A stretch of DNA of 62,257 nucleotides from Trichinella spiralis (taxonomy: Eukaryota), in NCBI RefSeq assembly GCF_000181795.1, contig NW_003526943.1, positions 8,845,472 through 8,907,728 of the forward strand. The letters run 5' to 3'. The notes below the pieces were generated by a model. That model ran no database searches. It was not told the origin of the DNA and worked only from the letters and a program-made list of their open reading frames with translations. Every line of letters begins with the position of its first letter. Position 1 is the stretch's first letter. This document shows positions 13,628 to 29,162 of this stretch, piece by piece. The translations under genes were made by a program, and so were the position numbers.

Positions 13628-16600
13628 ATGGGTAGTATGCTTTTCTTGAAGCTGTTGGTTGTAGTCTTAGGATACTTTTTTGGTGTTTTCTTTTTTTCTC
13701 GAGGCTTTCTGTTAACTCGACATGCGTTGTTGCACAAAAGCAGTTGTTACGATGTACAGTATCCGGTCAGTTCAAGCTCTCCTTCTGGATGTTGGGTGAA
13801 ATCGAAATACAAACGCGCCATTTTGCTAGTTGTCGATGCATTGCGTTACGATTTTGTAGCATCTCCGAAGCATTCGAAAAAAATTTATCACAACAAATTT
13901 TCCCTGGTCAACGAATTGCTTTCCAAAAAGCCTTCCAACAGTATGCTTTTCAAATTTATTGCCGATCCGCCTACTACAACTTTGCAGCGTTTGAAAAGTT
14001 TGACCACCGGAAGTCTCCCAACTTTCGTCGATGCCGGCACCAATTTTGCTGGAACTGCAATTGAAGAGGACAATTTGATCGATCAAATGATAAATCAAGG
14101 AAGGAAGATCACTTTTATGGGCGATGATACGTGGATGGCGTTGTTTCCGAATCATTTTAATAAATCTTATCCATTTCCTTCGTTCGATGTGAAAGATTTG
14201 CACACGGTGGACGATGGAATTTTAGCCCACTTGTACGATGAGCTTCGATCTAACAGTTGGGATCTTTTGATTGCTCATTTTTTGGGAGTCGACCATTGTG
14301 GACATAAATACGGACCAAATCATCCAGAAATGTCAAAAAAATTGCATCAAATGGATATTGTTATTCGGTAAAAAAATATTTTTTAATATTAAAAATAATT
14401 TTTTTAATATAAGTTAGTATTATTAGAAATGTCACAAAAGTGATGCCTGATGATACGATTTTGTTCGTTTTCGGCGATCATGGGATGACGCAGAACGGTG
14501 ATCACGGAGGCGATAGTGAAGAAGAATTGAGTGCAGCTTTATTTGCTTACAGTCCACAACGTCTGCATTTTGAGAAAGAAGTAAGAATCCGAATGTTTTG
14601 TTTTTCTAAGAACAATCATTTTATATATTCACACCATCTCTTTTGTTATGAATAGCAGTTTATTAAAATACTTTCTATAATGCTCTATGAAATTATGAAG
14701 AACTTTTTTGAAACGTAATAATAAAAAAATTTTTTGTTTGAAAATTGAAAAAGAAATATAGAAGAAATCAGTGAGAATGTTTTCAAGTATTATAGTGCGA
14801 ATGCTTGAAGCGGATGAAGGAAAAAAATTAAGCAACTTTAAATTTCCATAAAGGTTTTCTCCGAAAATGACTTTACACAATAGACAAGAAGCGTTTGCAT
14901 GCAATGTACAAAAAACAGACATGGTGAACAAATGTGTTTTGTTTATTTTTTTGTTTGTTTATGGATTGCAAGAAATGGTTATAGTAGTATAGAAGAGAAT
15001 ATATTTTTACGTTAAAAAAATTTATATATATTAATTTTATGATTATGTTTAAGAATGTTCATCGAGTTGCTGCACAGCTGAATCTTGTACCAACTTTGGC
15101 ACTTTTATTGGACATTCCCGTTCCATTTTCAAATTTGGGTGCCTTAATACCAGAACTATTCCCTCACAGAGAGGATCGTACACAAGCTGCCAGGGTAAAC
15201 GTTTACCAAGTGAGTGATGAAAAAAAAAGAATTTAAGCCCATTTTTATTTGTTTAAACTTCTTTTTCTAGGTGATTCGTTATACTGAAACTTATTTGAGA
15301 AATTTCCATGATTCCGTATTGACTGAACGCTTTTCATCGTTGCTGAAAATATTCAACAATCTCGAAGCGGACGAGCTGACCGTGGAAAAGAGTTTGGATA
15401 TTGTTCACAAAGTGAACAGCATTTTCTTGGACTCTTGGGCGAAATTTCACTTGGGCTGGATGACCCTTGGAATAGTGACCATATTGGAAACGATCGTCTC
15501 CTCTTTGGTCATGGTTCGTTTCCCTGACCGGGCCGAAAGTGGTCGGCTGCTCTTTTTGAAATCTCTTCACTTCGCTTTGTTTTTCTGGGCAGTTTTAGCT
15601 CGCAACGAAAGCATCCCACCCGTAATTGGCATCACCCTGAGCATCGAATTGACCATGCATTTGCACTGCTTGGTCGGCAAATTGTTCACCGCCGTTGACA
15701 ATATTCGGACGATGGATTGGATTTCGTTGTTTTTCATGTTCTTGCACGCGATCAGCGTCTTTTCCAACAGTTATATAGTCAACGAAGATGCCGTTGTCCG
15801 ATATATCGTTCAAGCATTTTTTATCATGTTTTTCATCTCCACTGTGAGAAAATATCTCGCAAAACAATGCGGCTTGCATCGTTTCCATTGCAAAGCAAGA
15901 AAACTGACCCTGTTTGAATGGTCGAAGAAAAATGATTATTTAAATTTGACAGCTTTTGTCACAGCCGGCATGATGATCATCAGATGCGGTGTTTGGTACA
16001 GACGATGTCGTGAAGAATTGGTCAAATGTACAATGTCGTTGTTTTTGCTACCGTTCGGCAGTCTGCTCGACCGCAACGACAAAATCATCCGCATGCTGGT
16101 GTCTTGCGTCAGCGTTTGGATCATCTACATTATTCCGAAACGTTATTTGCAAGACAATGGTCATTTGGATGGTGACAGTCGACTGCTGGTGTTGGTATGC
16201 AAATTTTGCTCTAAGCTCATCTCGTGGTCGTTGATGGCTAGCTGGGCTTATTCTTGGCTAGCCGAGGAAGTGCCGAAGATTATGGAAAATGGTTTGCCGT
16301 TGTTTTTCCCTCGATGCTGCTATGCTGGCTTTGTTCTGTTTTTCATGTTTTACTTATATGACCCGTTGTTCACTTATACGAATGTCGTGGACCGTGGAGC
16401 CAAGCTTGTGTCGGTGAATGTCCACTTCCCGATCCACTCTTTGCACGCTTACGCGAAAGAGAATTGGAAAACGTTCTTGACCAACGGTCCAACGAACCAA
16501 GGGAAGTTGGTCTTCGTTCACGGCTTCAAAACTGCTCTCAGCGGAAGTTTGGTTGCTTTCATCTGGAATTTTACATTAATTCTCACCCTTTTGCTGGGCG

Positions 16601-17345
16601 ACGGTACCAGCTTTTCAGTGGTATGTTTGCTGCTCATCTCAGCGATTCTATTGCGTCTCAACAAAGAAGGTGTATATTATTTATTTTTGATTCAATGAGA
16701 GCTTGCTAATATTGTATTTTTAAAAGTAGTTTCAGAACATTCAATACTTCCTATAATTATTTTCATGGTTGAATTGTGTTTTCATTTTTTCTACGCATTT
16801 GGCCACCAGCCAACGTTCGCGGCAATTCCGTGGGATGCGGCATTTGTCGGAGTGCCGGGCAATTTCAAATATCTCTGGCTGCAGACGTTGCTCGTCATGC
16901 TCAACATAAGCGCTAGTTTTGTATTTGTGGTCTTCTTCTTGCCGATGGTTGTCTTCACTCGGGATGAGCATTCCGCCGCCCAGGTAGCAGCAATTGATGC
17001 TCAAGGCAGAAACTGTTCAATGCGCATATTCACTTGCAACGTACTATTTTTGACAGTTCTCGGAACTAAGGTACAATTTTGATATTGCTTATTATACTTT
17101 TTTGTATTTATTGATTTTTGATATTCCATTTTTAGTTGTTTTTCTGCGTATTAGCTTGCGCTCTTCATCGACGTCACTTGATGGTGTGGAAAATATTTGC
17201 ACCGAAATTTATTTTCGAAAGCGGATTGTTCTTTGTTACTTCTGTTTTCATGTTGATACAATTTATTCTTGTTCTGAGATTACAAAGTCGCTTTTGTTTC
17301 TTTTTACAAGCGAACAAGCGTTATTTTTCACACGATAATGATTAA
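13628..17345 (+). CDS. PIGO: GPI ethanolamine phosphate transferase 3 (PIG-O/Gpi13), multi-exon
   Basis: [73 protein letters not shown], many TM segments, [19 protein letters not shown] and [22 protein letters not shown] 13628 lies just after a TTTAG acceptor-like site; stop at 17343-17345. Confidence 0.96.
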
Positions 17346-17418
17346 AACAAAATTATTATTATTAATAGCTAATATTAAATAATAATTGTTAGTGGTGGTG
17401 GTAGGTGAATTTTTTCAT

Positions 17419-19598
17419 TCATTCGTAAGAAACACTCAGAGTATCTTGTCCAAGTGGGCGTGTTGCAATTGGAATCGACAAAGGCTCACGTTGGTCATAC
17501 AAAGTAGGGGCTTGTAAAATTATATAAAGCGTTCCGACGTTGAAAAATGCAAAAATAACAAGAAACAGCCTGTCGATTACCATTCCAACAAAAACCCAAT
17601 CGGAAGCAATCTGAAATTATTATTTTCTTTTCATTTCATTTCATTTCATTTCATATGAATAGTGTTTGTTCTTTGCTCACCGTGTCATCTTGGTCAATTT
17701 CCATGAAGTGTTTTTCAATAAATCGTACATCCCTCAGAATACGCAGAACCAATTGGCGGTAGATTCGATGTCGACGGTCAGCTTTGGTTTCATTTTTCCT
17801 CGGCAAGCAAGGACTGCCGTTGAAACACAACGGTCGAAAGGTGGCGCAAAATTGACCGGATATTTTGGCTTTTTCCTTCTGTTGCAACTGCTCGTCTCCA
17901 CTATAGCCTGGATAATTCATGCACAAATATCTGAAAGTGTTCGCGATTGGTTATCGAGTGGAAGCAGCATTGAAAAATAATTTGAAAAGTGTCATTTGCA
18001 AACTTGGGCAACGTGTGCAGGAATACACGACGCATCCATTGCGGCATGCCGTGAGTGGAGCCGCGGCGGAAGTGCAAGTTCACCGTTATGACGCTGATGA
18101 TTATGCTCAAAGTGACCAAGACCATCGTGAACAGCAAATATCGACCAAACATTGGAATTACCAAACTCGTCGGCGGGATAATTTCAATTAATACCTGGTA
18201 AAAGCAAGCACGAGCAGTAGATGGAAAAATTAATTGAATGATGAAATAAAATTACCAAGAAGAAAACAGTCAGTGTGACTAAAATGGAAATTGAAAAGGT
18301 TATCTTGTGATCGGAGAGGTAAAACACCAGCGTTGTGGCGAACGAAATCAGAAAGCATGGAATGATCAAATTGACCGTATAAAATAGTGTCTTTCTTCTC
18401 AGACTGAAGTAGAACGTGATGTCGACGTATTTTTCTTTGCCACAACAGCTGCTGTAAATTTGTTCGTGTCGTTCACTGGTTAAAGATAGTAGATCCCATT
18501 CGGCACTTCTGCAAAAAATTAACAACATTAAACTATGTCTGACAAAATTTCAAAAAAAACAAATAAATGCATATATATATATATATATATGTATATATTC
18601 ATTATTTGTGTGTGCATATGTATATATATATAGAGAAATACTTGTAAAAGTAAGATAAATCCATGCCTACTTCTAAGACATGGACAGTTTTTTCATCTGT
18701 AACTACTTCTTTTACTAATTCTTCTGGAAGTTGTCGCATATCAACGAACGCACCGAAATAGCTCCAAAGGCCAAATTTCATCAAGCACTTTTGAGAATCA
18801 TATGGAAACCATGTAACGTCTATCTGAATAAAATTACTTTTTTGAAAAAAACTGAATAACCAATATAAAAACTGACTGACAGAGCAAAATGATTTGTAAA
18901 TTGCTGGAGGTTTCCACACAACCGTGCCATCATAATAGACCAGTGCATCGTTGAATATGGTAATTTCTGGATCACCGGCAGCGCTGTAAATTATCAGTTA
19001 TTAAATTGTACACTTTATAAAAATCATACTCACTTATTGTATAAAACTATATCTGGAGTCCACAGTAAGTCTGCTGGAATGTGCAATTTTTTTATTCCTC
19101 CATACATATCAGGATCCCAGACAAGTTTACTATCGGGCCATTCCTCAAAAATTGCATTCATAAAATTAATGACGAAATAAAATCAATTTGCCACTTTGAA
19201 AAGCAAAAACTATATTATTGAATGTTATTGAATTAAAATTGCATTACCATATCAAGCCATAAATTTGTAGTAAGCATTTGATTTTTTTCATCCTAAAGTG
19301 AGAATAAGAACAACATTTTTTGTAAAATGGTAAATTTTTTGAAAATTTTCAAATCGTTTACCACGTCAATGATGCGAATCAGCGAGGCACCAAATTTGAT
19401 GGTTAAAATTTCACTCGCATTTCGTACTGGTCGAGATATTTTATTATAATTATATAATAAATCTTCAAATAGTTGCATCTGATTGTTGGAACTCCAAACG
19501 TAACGAACTGCAATAAACATCAACTGAAGTATAAATATTTTGCTAAAGTATAAAATTGATTTCAAAATCGTACACTTTATGAAGCTCAATTTTCGTTC
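17419..19598 (-). CDS. Nicotinic acetylcholine receptor alpha subunit, ACR-8 group (acr-8/acr-12/lev-8-like); start codon uncertain
   Basis: [62 protein letters not shown] (Cys loop), loop C YSSCCG (vicinal Cys), [15 protein letters not shown] (TM1), [25 protein letters not shown] (TM2), [19 protein letters not shown] (TM4). Stop TGA at 17419-17421. Confidence 0.93.
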
Positions 19599-22500
19599 CT
19601 ATTATTCTGTTTATTAAAATTTCCAAATAATCCTCAATAATTTCAATTATATACATAAAGAACATCCGAAATTGTTGTTGTAATTGGATATTTTTTTATC
19701 AATTTCCGTTTATTACAAAAAAAATGTTTAATAATTTGATGAGAAACACAAGCATTTCTAAGCAAACAAATTACCGTGAATGAGAAAATAAAAACTTATA
19801 GCAGTGTTATAAATCAAAATCACGACTTTCGCTGTCTTGAATGCGATACGAATTAGAATGGCGTGTGGCTATAAATTAAAGGAGGAATTCAATTTCAATT
19901 GAAGCCTTTCAAGAGATCATAAAATCATGCCTACGTGCTAAAAAGTTATCTTAAAACTCATAATGCAAAAACGATACTTAGAATGCTTGAAGCAACACCA
20001 AAAAAACATGATTGAAAGCTATTTTTCGGTTATTGACATGCACCATTGTTTACTGTTGTGTTATAGACAAAAAAAACAAATTTCTAAAAGTATAATTTGA
20101 CGTTGGATTTTCGTCTAACATGCTACTGAAAGAAAATTATCACATTTGTTGATTGAACTTTATGGACAGTTTCACATCGTTTGAAAAATTTTTAATATTC
20201 CCAGCATAAAAAACAAATTTCAAATAATAATAAAGAAAAATCAGTTTAAAGCAACAATTTGTATTAAAACACACACACAATTGCATTAATAACTTAATAA
20301 AATTTGCTTTTGATTATTTTGGAATATATTCAGTGCAAATACTGAAAAAAGATTAAATTCATATTATCATTCAACGTTTTTAAATAAAGAAATAAATGGT
20401 TATCAAAAAATCATTTCATCGGTTTACTATCAAATTATTGACTACATGAGTGTTCAGAAGAATTGAATAATGCATTTTGTGCTCTGCTATTCATCAAGCG
20501 TGATGGTTTATCAATTTTATTTATTCATTTTAACATTTGATAAAATGATTATCTTTACCACCTACTCTGTTTGGAAGTTTTTCATGTTTGATTCCAGATG
20601 TTGAAAATGTTCAAAAAATTATGTAGGATTATCACTCATTTAAAAAATTTCTTCTCGTTATCAAAGAATTCAAGATGCGTGAAACATTATATATATATAT
20701 GGACGTATATGCCATTTAATATAGCAGACAATTTCGTAAATAGATAACTGCAAAAGTTATGACATAGAAAATATGAAAATTTTTAAAAAGCGAACTTACT
20801 GATTGAAAAGAGAAGAAGAACTCTTTTCATTCTAAATTCTTACAAATTCACCAGTGAAAATTCTATTTTTACATGAACAATAGATGCAAAAGATGAACGG
20901 TAAAAATAATATGAGATGAAATGAAGTTTTGAATCAATTTCAGCAAGAGAGTTGTAAAAATTAATTCCAATAAAGTTAGAAAGCAGAAAGCATCATTTTC
21001 AAAACAGATTTGAGAAAATTTTCTTCAATTTGCTCGGCAACGGATTTTTGATAAATTTTCGTCATATGCACTTTGCATATCAACAAATAAAACGCCTGTC
21101 GGTAAAGGGGCTATTGATTTTGGAAGAGAATGAATTGGACGTGTCTTTCCGCCTGCTTGGTCATCTGCTTCATCATTGTTGCGAATGAGGTGATCAATAT
21201 GCAAACGGATCAACTGATTGGCTGCTTGGCACGTGTGTGCAAACGTAGACGTTTCTTCTTCTGGCAGCTGTATCAAAATTTCTTCAAATCAACATTCACC
21301 ACTTTAAAATTTATTCCATTTCTTATAAATTTTATGAAATTATTTTTTCTGTTTTTAAATGCATGCATACACAAACACACCCAAATTTGTATATGAATTA
21401 AATGTAAAATAATTAGACAAATTGTAAAATTTTGGAAAACATTCGTAGAAATGTTATTTCTCTTGCTCTTACATACACTGCATATAATAACAAGATTTCT
21501 TACAACTACTGACAATATTTTAGGTTAAAATATTACAAATATGTATGATTTATGAAAACAATTTTGCTTTTAGAAATATGAAATACACAAGATGCGAAAA
21601 ATTTATAATCATTTTATCATAAATCAGATCCGAAAAATTGGCATGCCCGTAAAGAGCTGAATGAACTGCATGATCAAAACTCTTTTTATATTAAAATGGA
21701 AATTTTTAACTTTTAAAGTAGTTTCAAGTAAATGGACAAAGCTTGGGTAGTGAAAATCGAATCATCCCAGTTTGCTTATTCAATGTCTACTTAAATAGCT
21801 GTATTGTGCATAACAAAGGTTCTTTCTTTCTTTTTAATAAATATATACCTTGTAATCAAGAATGCAAATGCTCTGTTATTCATTCAAAAAATAAAGTTTA
21901 GTTTAAAGTTTCATTATATCAAAAAATTATCATTCAAACTTGAAACCACGGTAAGCATTTATAGAGGGTTATGAGTAAAAGAACAGTTTAATTATTAAAA
22001 CAGGTACAAACAAGTTCATTTAAATCAAGTTAAATAATTGTGCAAATATTTATCAGAATCTGCATGTTTTTTATTATAAATAATAAATTGAAGCAGACTC
22101 AATTTGCAAACAGTTCATTCATTGATAAATAAATAACGAATTACATTCTTCAATGATCATCTCATACATCAATTTTTCAACATTAATGCTATTAAAGTTA
22201 GTTTTTACCAAAAAAAGTGCCTTTTGTCTTATTACTGACATTACAAGAATCTTAAAAAAATGCCAGTGATAATCAAAATCAACGACGCTTTCAATATTTT
22301 GCCTGAATGGCTTTGATTCTACCAACGTACCCAGACGTTTGACTTTATGGAAATCCCATAAGTGCATTATGTTAGTCAAATTAAAAATGGCGTAGCAGTG
22401 CTTTCAAAGATACAACAGCTGCTTGCTCACTTCAATCTTTTTCGAGTCAATCAAAAGTGAATTAAAATAACAGCAAATTTTTCTTTTCCACATTTTTCTT

Positions 22501-23570
22501 CTTTTCGAAAGAGCAGATTTTTTTTGTTTCGAATTCTTGCCGTAAAAATCAGCTAGCAAAAACACTTTTAAACACTGTTAATGCAAGTAAAATGAACTGT
22601 GTTTCATTAGATTTTTTATTCATTTTTTATTGAATGATCTTCATCTAAAAATGCAAATAGTGACACATAATTATTAACCACGATAAAGAAGAGAATTTAT
22701 ATTGCATTCAAAAGTTGTAACAGACAAATTGTAGTAAGATACCTTATGGTTTTCATTTTCCATTTTCCATAGCACTTGTCGCAGTGCTACTTGGAAATGA
22801 TTTCAGAAAAACTTTTTCCACCGTGTCCGCTGTTATGAGAGCGTTTTCAACGGAAAGCTTTTCAACTTTTAATAAATACATGGATGGAAATAAACATTTT
22901 ATTAAATTGCACTAAAAAACCGTAGTTCATTGAACTGTGCACAATAAAGATGGGAGATCATAAGAACATCAGCAATTTCATTCCTCTTTCCGTAGTTTTA
23001 AAATTTCATGAATTAATATGCAAAAAATAAATTTTATGAATTACATTTATGTCTATTAAAATTTTTTTCATTCGAACAAATTGGATATTTGTGTAGTAAT
23101 TCACTCCAGAAATTTTCTATGCAACACGAGATAGCTCTTCAAAGCAGTAAAATAATGCCTGCACATCTATATTTCTGTAGCAATTGCTAGTCTATTTAGG
23201 TATTGAAGTTCTTGATTTGCATTCATGGAATAAAACAAATAAAATAAATGAATTCATAGAATAGAATGAAGATACATTACTTATTCATTTTTAGAATAAA
23301 GTCAAATTATTAGCTGTTAAAAAATTAATTAAATTTCGAGTAAAGGGCAAATAATATTTTGCATTTTTATTCAGATTTAAAATAAAAAACTTTAATATGA
23401 TGAAATTATTAAAAATTTCAATTTTTAATTAATAATTCAGTGTATTGTAACGAAATCCATGCATATAGTGATGAAGTGTACTGTAGTTAATACCTGCATT
23501 TTAAATGTTTTTGGTTATAAGTTGTCAGCCGTGTATATTGTTGAAGCTATATTTTTGAAGAAAATTTAAT

Positions 23571-24311
23571 ATGGTAATAAGTGAAATTTATTTTTATTAT
23601 CTGACGCTGCTAATTTAGACAAAAGGCACAACTAGCTTTGGCAAGCGTCATACAAAAACGCATACATTATGTCGAAGATGTGGAAAATCATCGTATCATA
23701 TTCAAAAAAGTCGTTGTGCTTCATGTGGTTATCCATCAAAGAAGATGAGACGCTGTATGCTGAAAGGCATGAATTTTATCATATGCTGATAACAAACATA
23801 TTTCAGACAATTGGAGTGAAAAAGCACTTCGTCGAAGAACCACTGGAACCGGGCGTATGAGATATTTGAAAGTTGTTCGCAAAAAGTTTAAGTATGACTT
23901 TTATTATATTATTATGGATAACTGAAATTGTGCATGCTTTCTTCTATTATATAAAGAAGTAAACTGTTTAAAGTTTTACGAGCACAACATTTTTATAGAG
24001 AAGGATGTTGTTTTTCTAAGAATACATTTTAAATTTTAAAGACGAACATTTATATTACTAAATATCTTTACATTTCATTTGTAAAATGTAATTATACTGA
24101 CATTAAAACATTGTTCGAGATGAAACATTTAGGCTAGATAACGAAGGAAATTGATAAAATTGAGTTTATTTTTTATTTTCTTTATGGTATTTTTAAAAAG
24201 CACTTATTTATATTGGGCAATTTTAGGAATGGGTTTCGTGAAGGCTTTCCGAAGAGCAATCGTAAAGGAAATTCTAATCAATCCAAGAAAACAGCTAGTA
24301 GCGAAATTTAA
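23571..24311 (+). CDS. RPL37: 60S ribosomal protein L37 (eL37), 4 coding exons, 102 aa
   Basis: Exons 23571-23573 (ATG|gt), 23619-23754, 23807-23891 and 24227-24311 splice to [81 protein letters not shown]... with the C2-C2 zinc finger. All introns GT-AG; AATAAA at about 24343. Confidence 0.97.
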
Positions 24312-27300
24312 TTCGGGGTTGGATTATCTGTTATGAATATCCAATAAATATGGTCGAAATGTTTGTTGTTTATTATTTTACTTTTCATTTAATCTTTATA
24401 TAAACAGAAAATGAAGTTGATTGTATTTGAAGAGGATGAAGCACAGATGTGGCACAGTTCTGCATTGTAAACTTGAATAATAACACTTCGATGGTAATGA
24501 CTTGTATTATTGATGAAGATATGGAATTTACACTTATCAGCTGAAATTTGAAACATTTGTAAATTGTTTGTAATCAGACGTTTGTTTAGCATCACAAACT
24601 AATTAGGTGTCTGTTTTTGTGCAAATTCTGTGGTATATAATGCAAATTTTGTTGACGTAGGTTTTTGGAAATTAACATTCAACTGATTGTACATGAATAA
24701 AATTTAAAGAAGCAAAGAAAGGGTATATTTTGTTAAGATTATGTTTTCTTATTGGTTTTACAGTTGACTGGAAATGAAAACTTTTTATACTTTTAAAAAG
24801 AGTAAAAATTGATTGCATTTGTTTGTTCAATAGTGGTGTGTTGTTTAAACAAGAATTGGGTGAGACTATTCATTTTTATTATTAAATTCAGCTGAATCGA
24901 TTAAGGTAAGAATTTGAAACTTTAAAGAAGAAAAATTAGCCGAATTTGCGAAGAAGACTACTTGGAAATAGATCTTTTACATTCAAAAAATGATGAAATG
25001 CTAATGTGTGTGTATGTATGTACGTGTGTGCATGCCTGCATGTATGTGTGGAAAGATTTGAAAATTGAATAAAAATTGATTGTATGTAAAATAGAATTTC
25101 AATGTGAGAACATTAGATAATAATATTGCGACCAATTACAATTTCGACCCTTAGCAATACAGAAACTCGATTAAGGACTTGCTTTTCAATCAGCATTTAT
25201 AACTGGAAAATGGGGAAGAATTAAATGACAAAGAGATGATTAAATGGCCACCTGAATCGGCTTCAGTATCTCAGTTGTGAACGAATCGATTTGTCAATAA
25301 TGAATAAAGTGAAATGAATTGACATCCGTCGGCAGTTGGTTGCCTGAAATAGACAAGATGAGAAGGAGGAGGTGATCCAGGGGATGTTCGACTGGCAACA
25401 ACGGATATCAAAATCAATTAAGTTGAAAATGTATCGAGAAATTAGCCTAAATGATCAACGGCGGCTGTTAAAGCCTTTAATCTAAAAGCTCGAAGCTTTG
25501 TTTGACCGTTGCAATTTGCAATTTGCTGATGAAACAATTAAAATGCCTGTTTATGAATTCGGCTCATTTCTTTTCCTCAAACCGAATGCGACACTTATTC
25601 ATCAATTGTTCGGGCGCTTGTTGAAGAAATATGGTCCATTCAGAAAATGCCCAATTTTTACCACACTAATACGTCAAATTAGTCAATTAAAAAAGGGATC
25701 CACTTTGGGGCTCTGTTTCTACCTTGGGAAAAGGACAAGCCGACTGGCATTGTGATCACTTGTTGTTTATTGATTTATAAAACAACATTCAAATTATTAA
25801 TTACAAACGCTCTAATAGAGTTGAGATTCAATTACAGCGTTTGCAAATCACTGCAACTACAAAGAAAAATTAAAATGAAATTTGGGAAAAGGTGGTGGAT
25901 CAGCTAACTGAAACTGTTAGTAAATTAGTTTAAATAAGGATTCAACAGCCACGTACACCAGCATACCATATCTCTTCATTTGAATAACAAAGGTATCATT
26001 GTTTTTTCAATTATTCACCATTATTTAGTACCATATTATTCAATGACTACAATATTTATTATATTTTATAATTTAAGAGAAACATCCGTGAAATAGCTTT
26101 ATTCGATATGTACGCATAAGCAGTTTTTCGTTTATAAAAGGTTTGATTTTAAATTATAGAAAATACATAAATTGAATCAATTATTAATTAAGGTTATTTT
26201 CATTTTAATTCATGGGCAATGAAATGTTTTTCTTTTTTCTTAAAAATATACTTTTATGTTTTAAAAAAAGTGCAATTATTCATCTATTATTATGGCGAAT
26301 TATTGGTAATTTTCAACTTTATATCATAAAGCTTTGATGTACATTTTAAAAATTAATTTTAATTTCAAATGCTTAATCAGTTGCTCGAGTTAGTTTATGA
26401 GGAAAAATTTTAAAATGAAAATAAGCTTTACTGTTCTTTAATCAGCCCTTAATTAGCAACAACTGCAAGCATATGTATAATAATGGGCGTGAATGTTCTT
26501 TTGAACATTAATAATAAATAAAGTACAACAGAGCTTTCAATGGTATTCATTCTTTTTTCGATAATTCGCCTTCTTCATATTCATAATGCTTAAAGTGAAA
26601 GAAAAAAGAATTGAAATCGTTTGAAAATATTCCTTTTTTCTTGTTATCAGAAGATTTTAAATTTTTTTCCTTATTTTTGCGAATATCGTGATTTGATTGT
26701 TCATTGTTCAAATTCAGCTACTTTAAATTAAGCATCAAAAAAATAATTATTCCTTGTGACTGAAAAAGGTGAACTTGTAGATGTATTCAATCACAACTTT
26801 TACAATTTGCAAAATATTATTAACAATATTTTCAATGTTTGCAATATTAAATCGTATAAAATGGTTTATTTCAAAATTCACTGCCAACGGTGCTGTCGCT
26901 TGCTATAGTGAGTGAGAAAATTTTCTTCTCACCTAATGCGCAACAGTTTAATAATTTGCAAACTTTGTGATTAATTATTTACTAATATGATGAATATGCA
27001 TGAAATGATTAATAGACATATGAAACAAGCGATCAATTTCTTCCTGTTATTAATACAACTTTGCCACATATTGGGATGGTAAAATTGACCTGAATGGAGG
27101 GAGAACAAAAAAAATTTAATAAAAAGTACTGAAATTTCATTGTAATGTAATTGTAAAAGAAATAATGATAAACAAGCAATATAATTCAGCTTGTTGATTA
27201 ATTAAATTTGCAACTTATTCATATTGTACACCGAAAATAAAAAAAACCGAAAAATAATTTAGTTTCAGTATGAAAATGAATTAAGCAAATATTGTTGTTT

Positions 27301-27636
27301 AATTTCGCATGTTTTGAAAAATTTATCAAGAAATTAATTAATTAGTTAGTTTTTTTGAATTGATGATAAATAAAAAAATGGTAAAGAATGTATTAATAGT
27401 TCTATTGTAACGGTTCAATTGAGGCGATAAATGATTTTTAAATGGTAAAAGCATTAGCAATTTAAAGTATCAGTTCCGAGCTGATTGTCGCCGAGTCAAT
27501 CTGAGCTCTTGGTGCTGATTGATCGCCAATTTGTGCGTTAATGAATTACTCGGCTTTGCTTTACTTGAGTCTGAAGTGGAAATGACCGAACCGAACGCGT
27601 TCAGCTGGCAATATAGAGCATCTATAGCCGGATACA

Positions 27637-27710
27637 GCTTAGCTAGCCAGCTAGCCAGCTAGCCAGCTAGCTACCAGCTACTAGCTAACCACTGACTGAC
27701 TGACTGGCTA
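27637..27710. repeat. Short tandem repeats (AGCTAGCC)n and (CTGA)n upstream of the homeobox ATG
   Basis: agctagcc agctagcc agctagcc agctagct followed by actgactgactgactg. Confidence 0.65.
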
Positions 27711-27815
27711 GTTTTGCAAGCGCTGCGCCAAAGCATAGATTGAACAATAAATCTCTCTATCTAAATCAACCCCTCTGATTTTGTCCCGGTCGGTGAAGTA
27801 TGAATTATTCAGGAA

Positions 27816-29162
<1,347 letters not shown>

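Noticed and set aside
21025..21515. Overlapping 80-88 aa ORFs upstream of the nAChR gene
   Set aside because: No recognisable domain, and ORFs occur on both strands; more likely promoter or 5' UTR sequence.
23892..24226. Intronic snoRNA in rpl-37 intron 3
   Set aside because: No well-placed C/D box pair with a terminal stem or H/ACA structure visible by eye.
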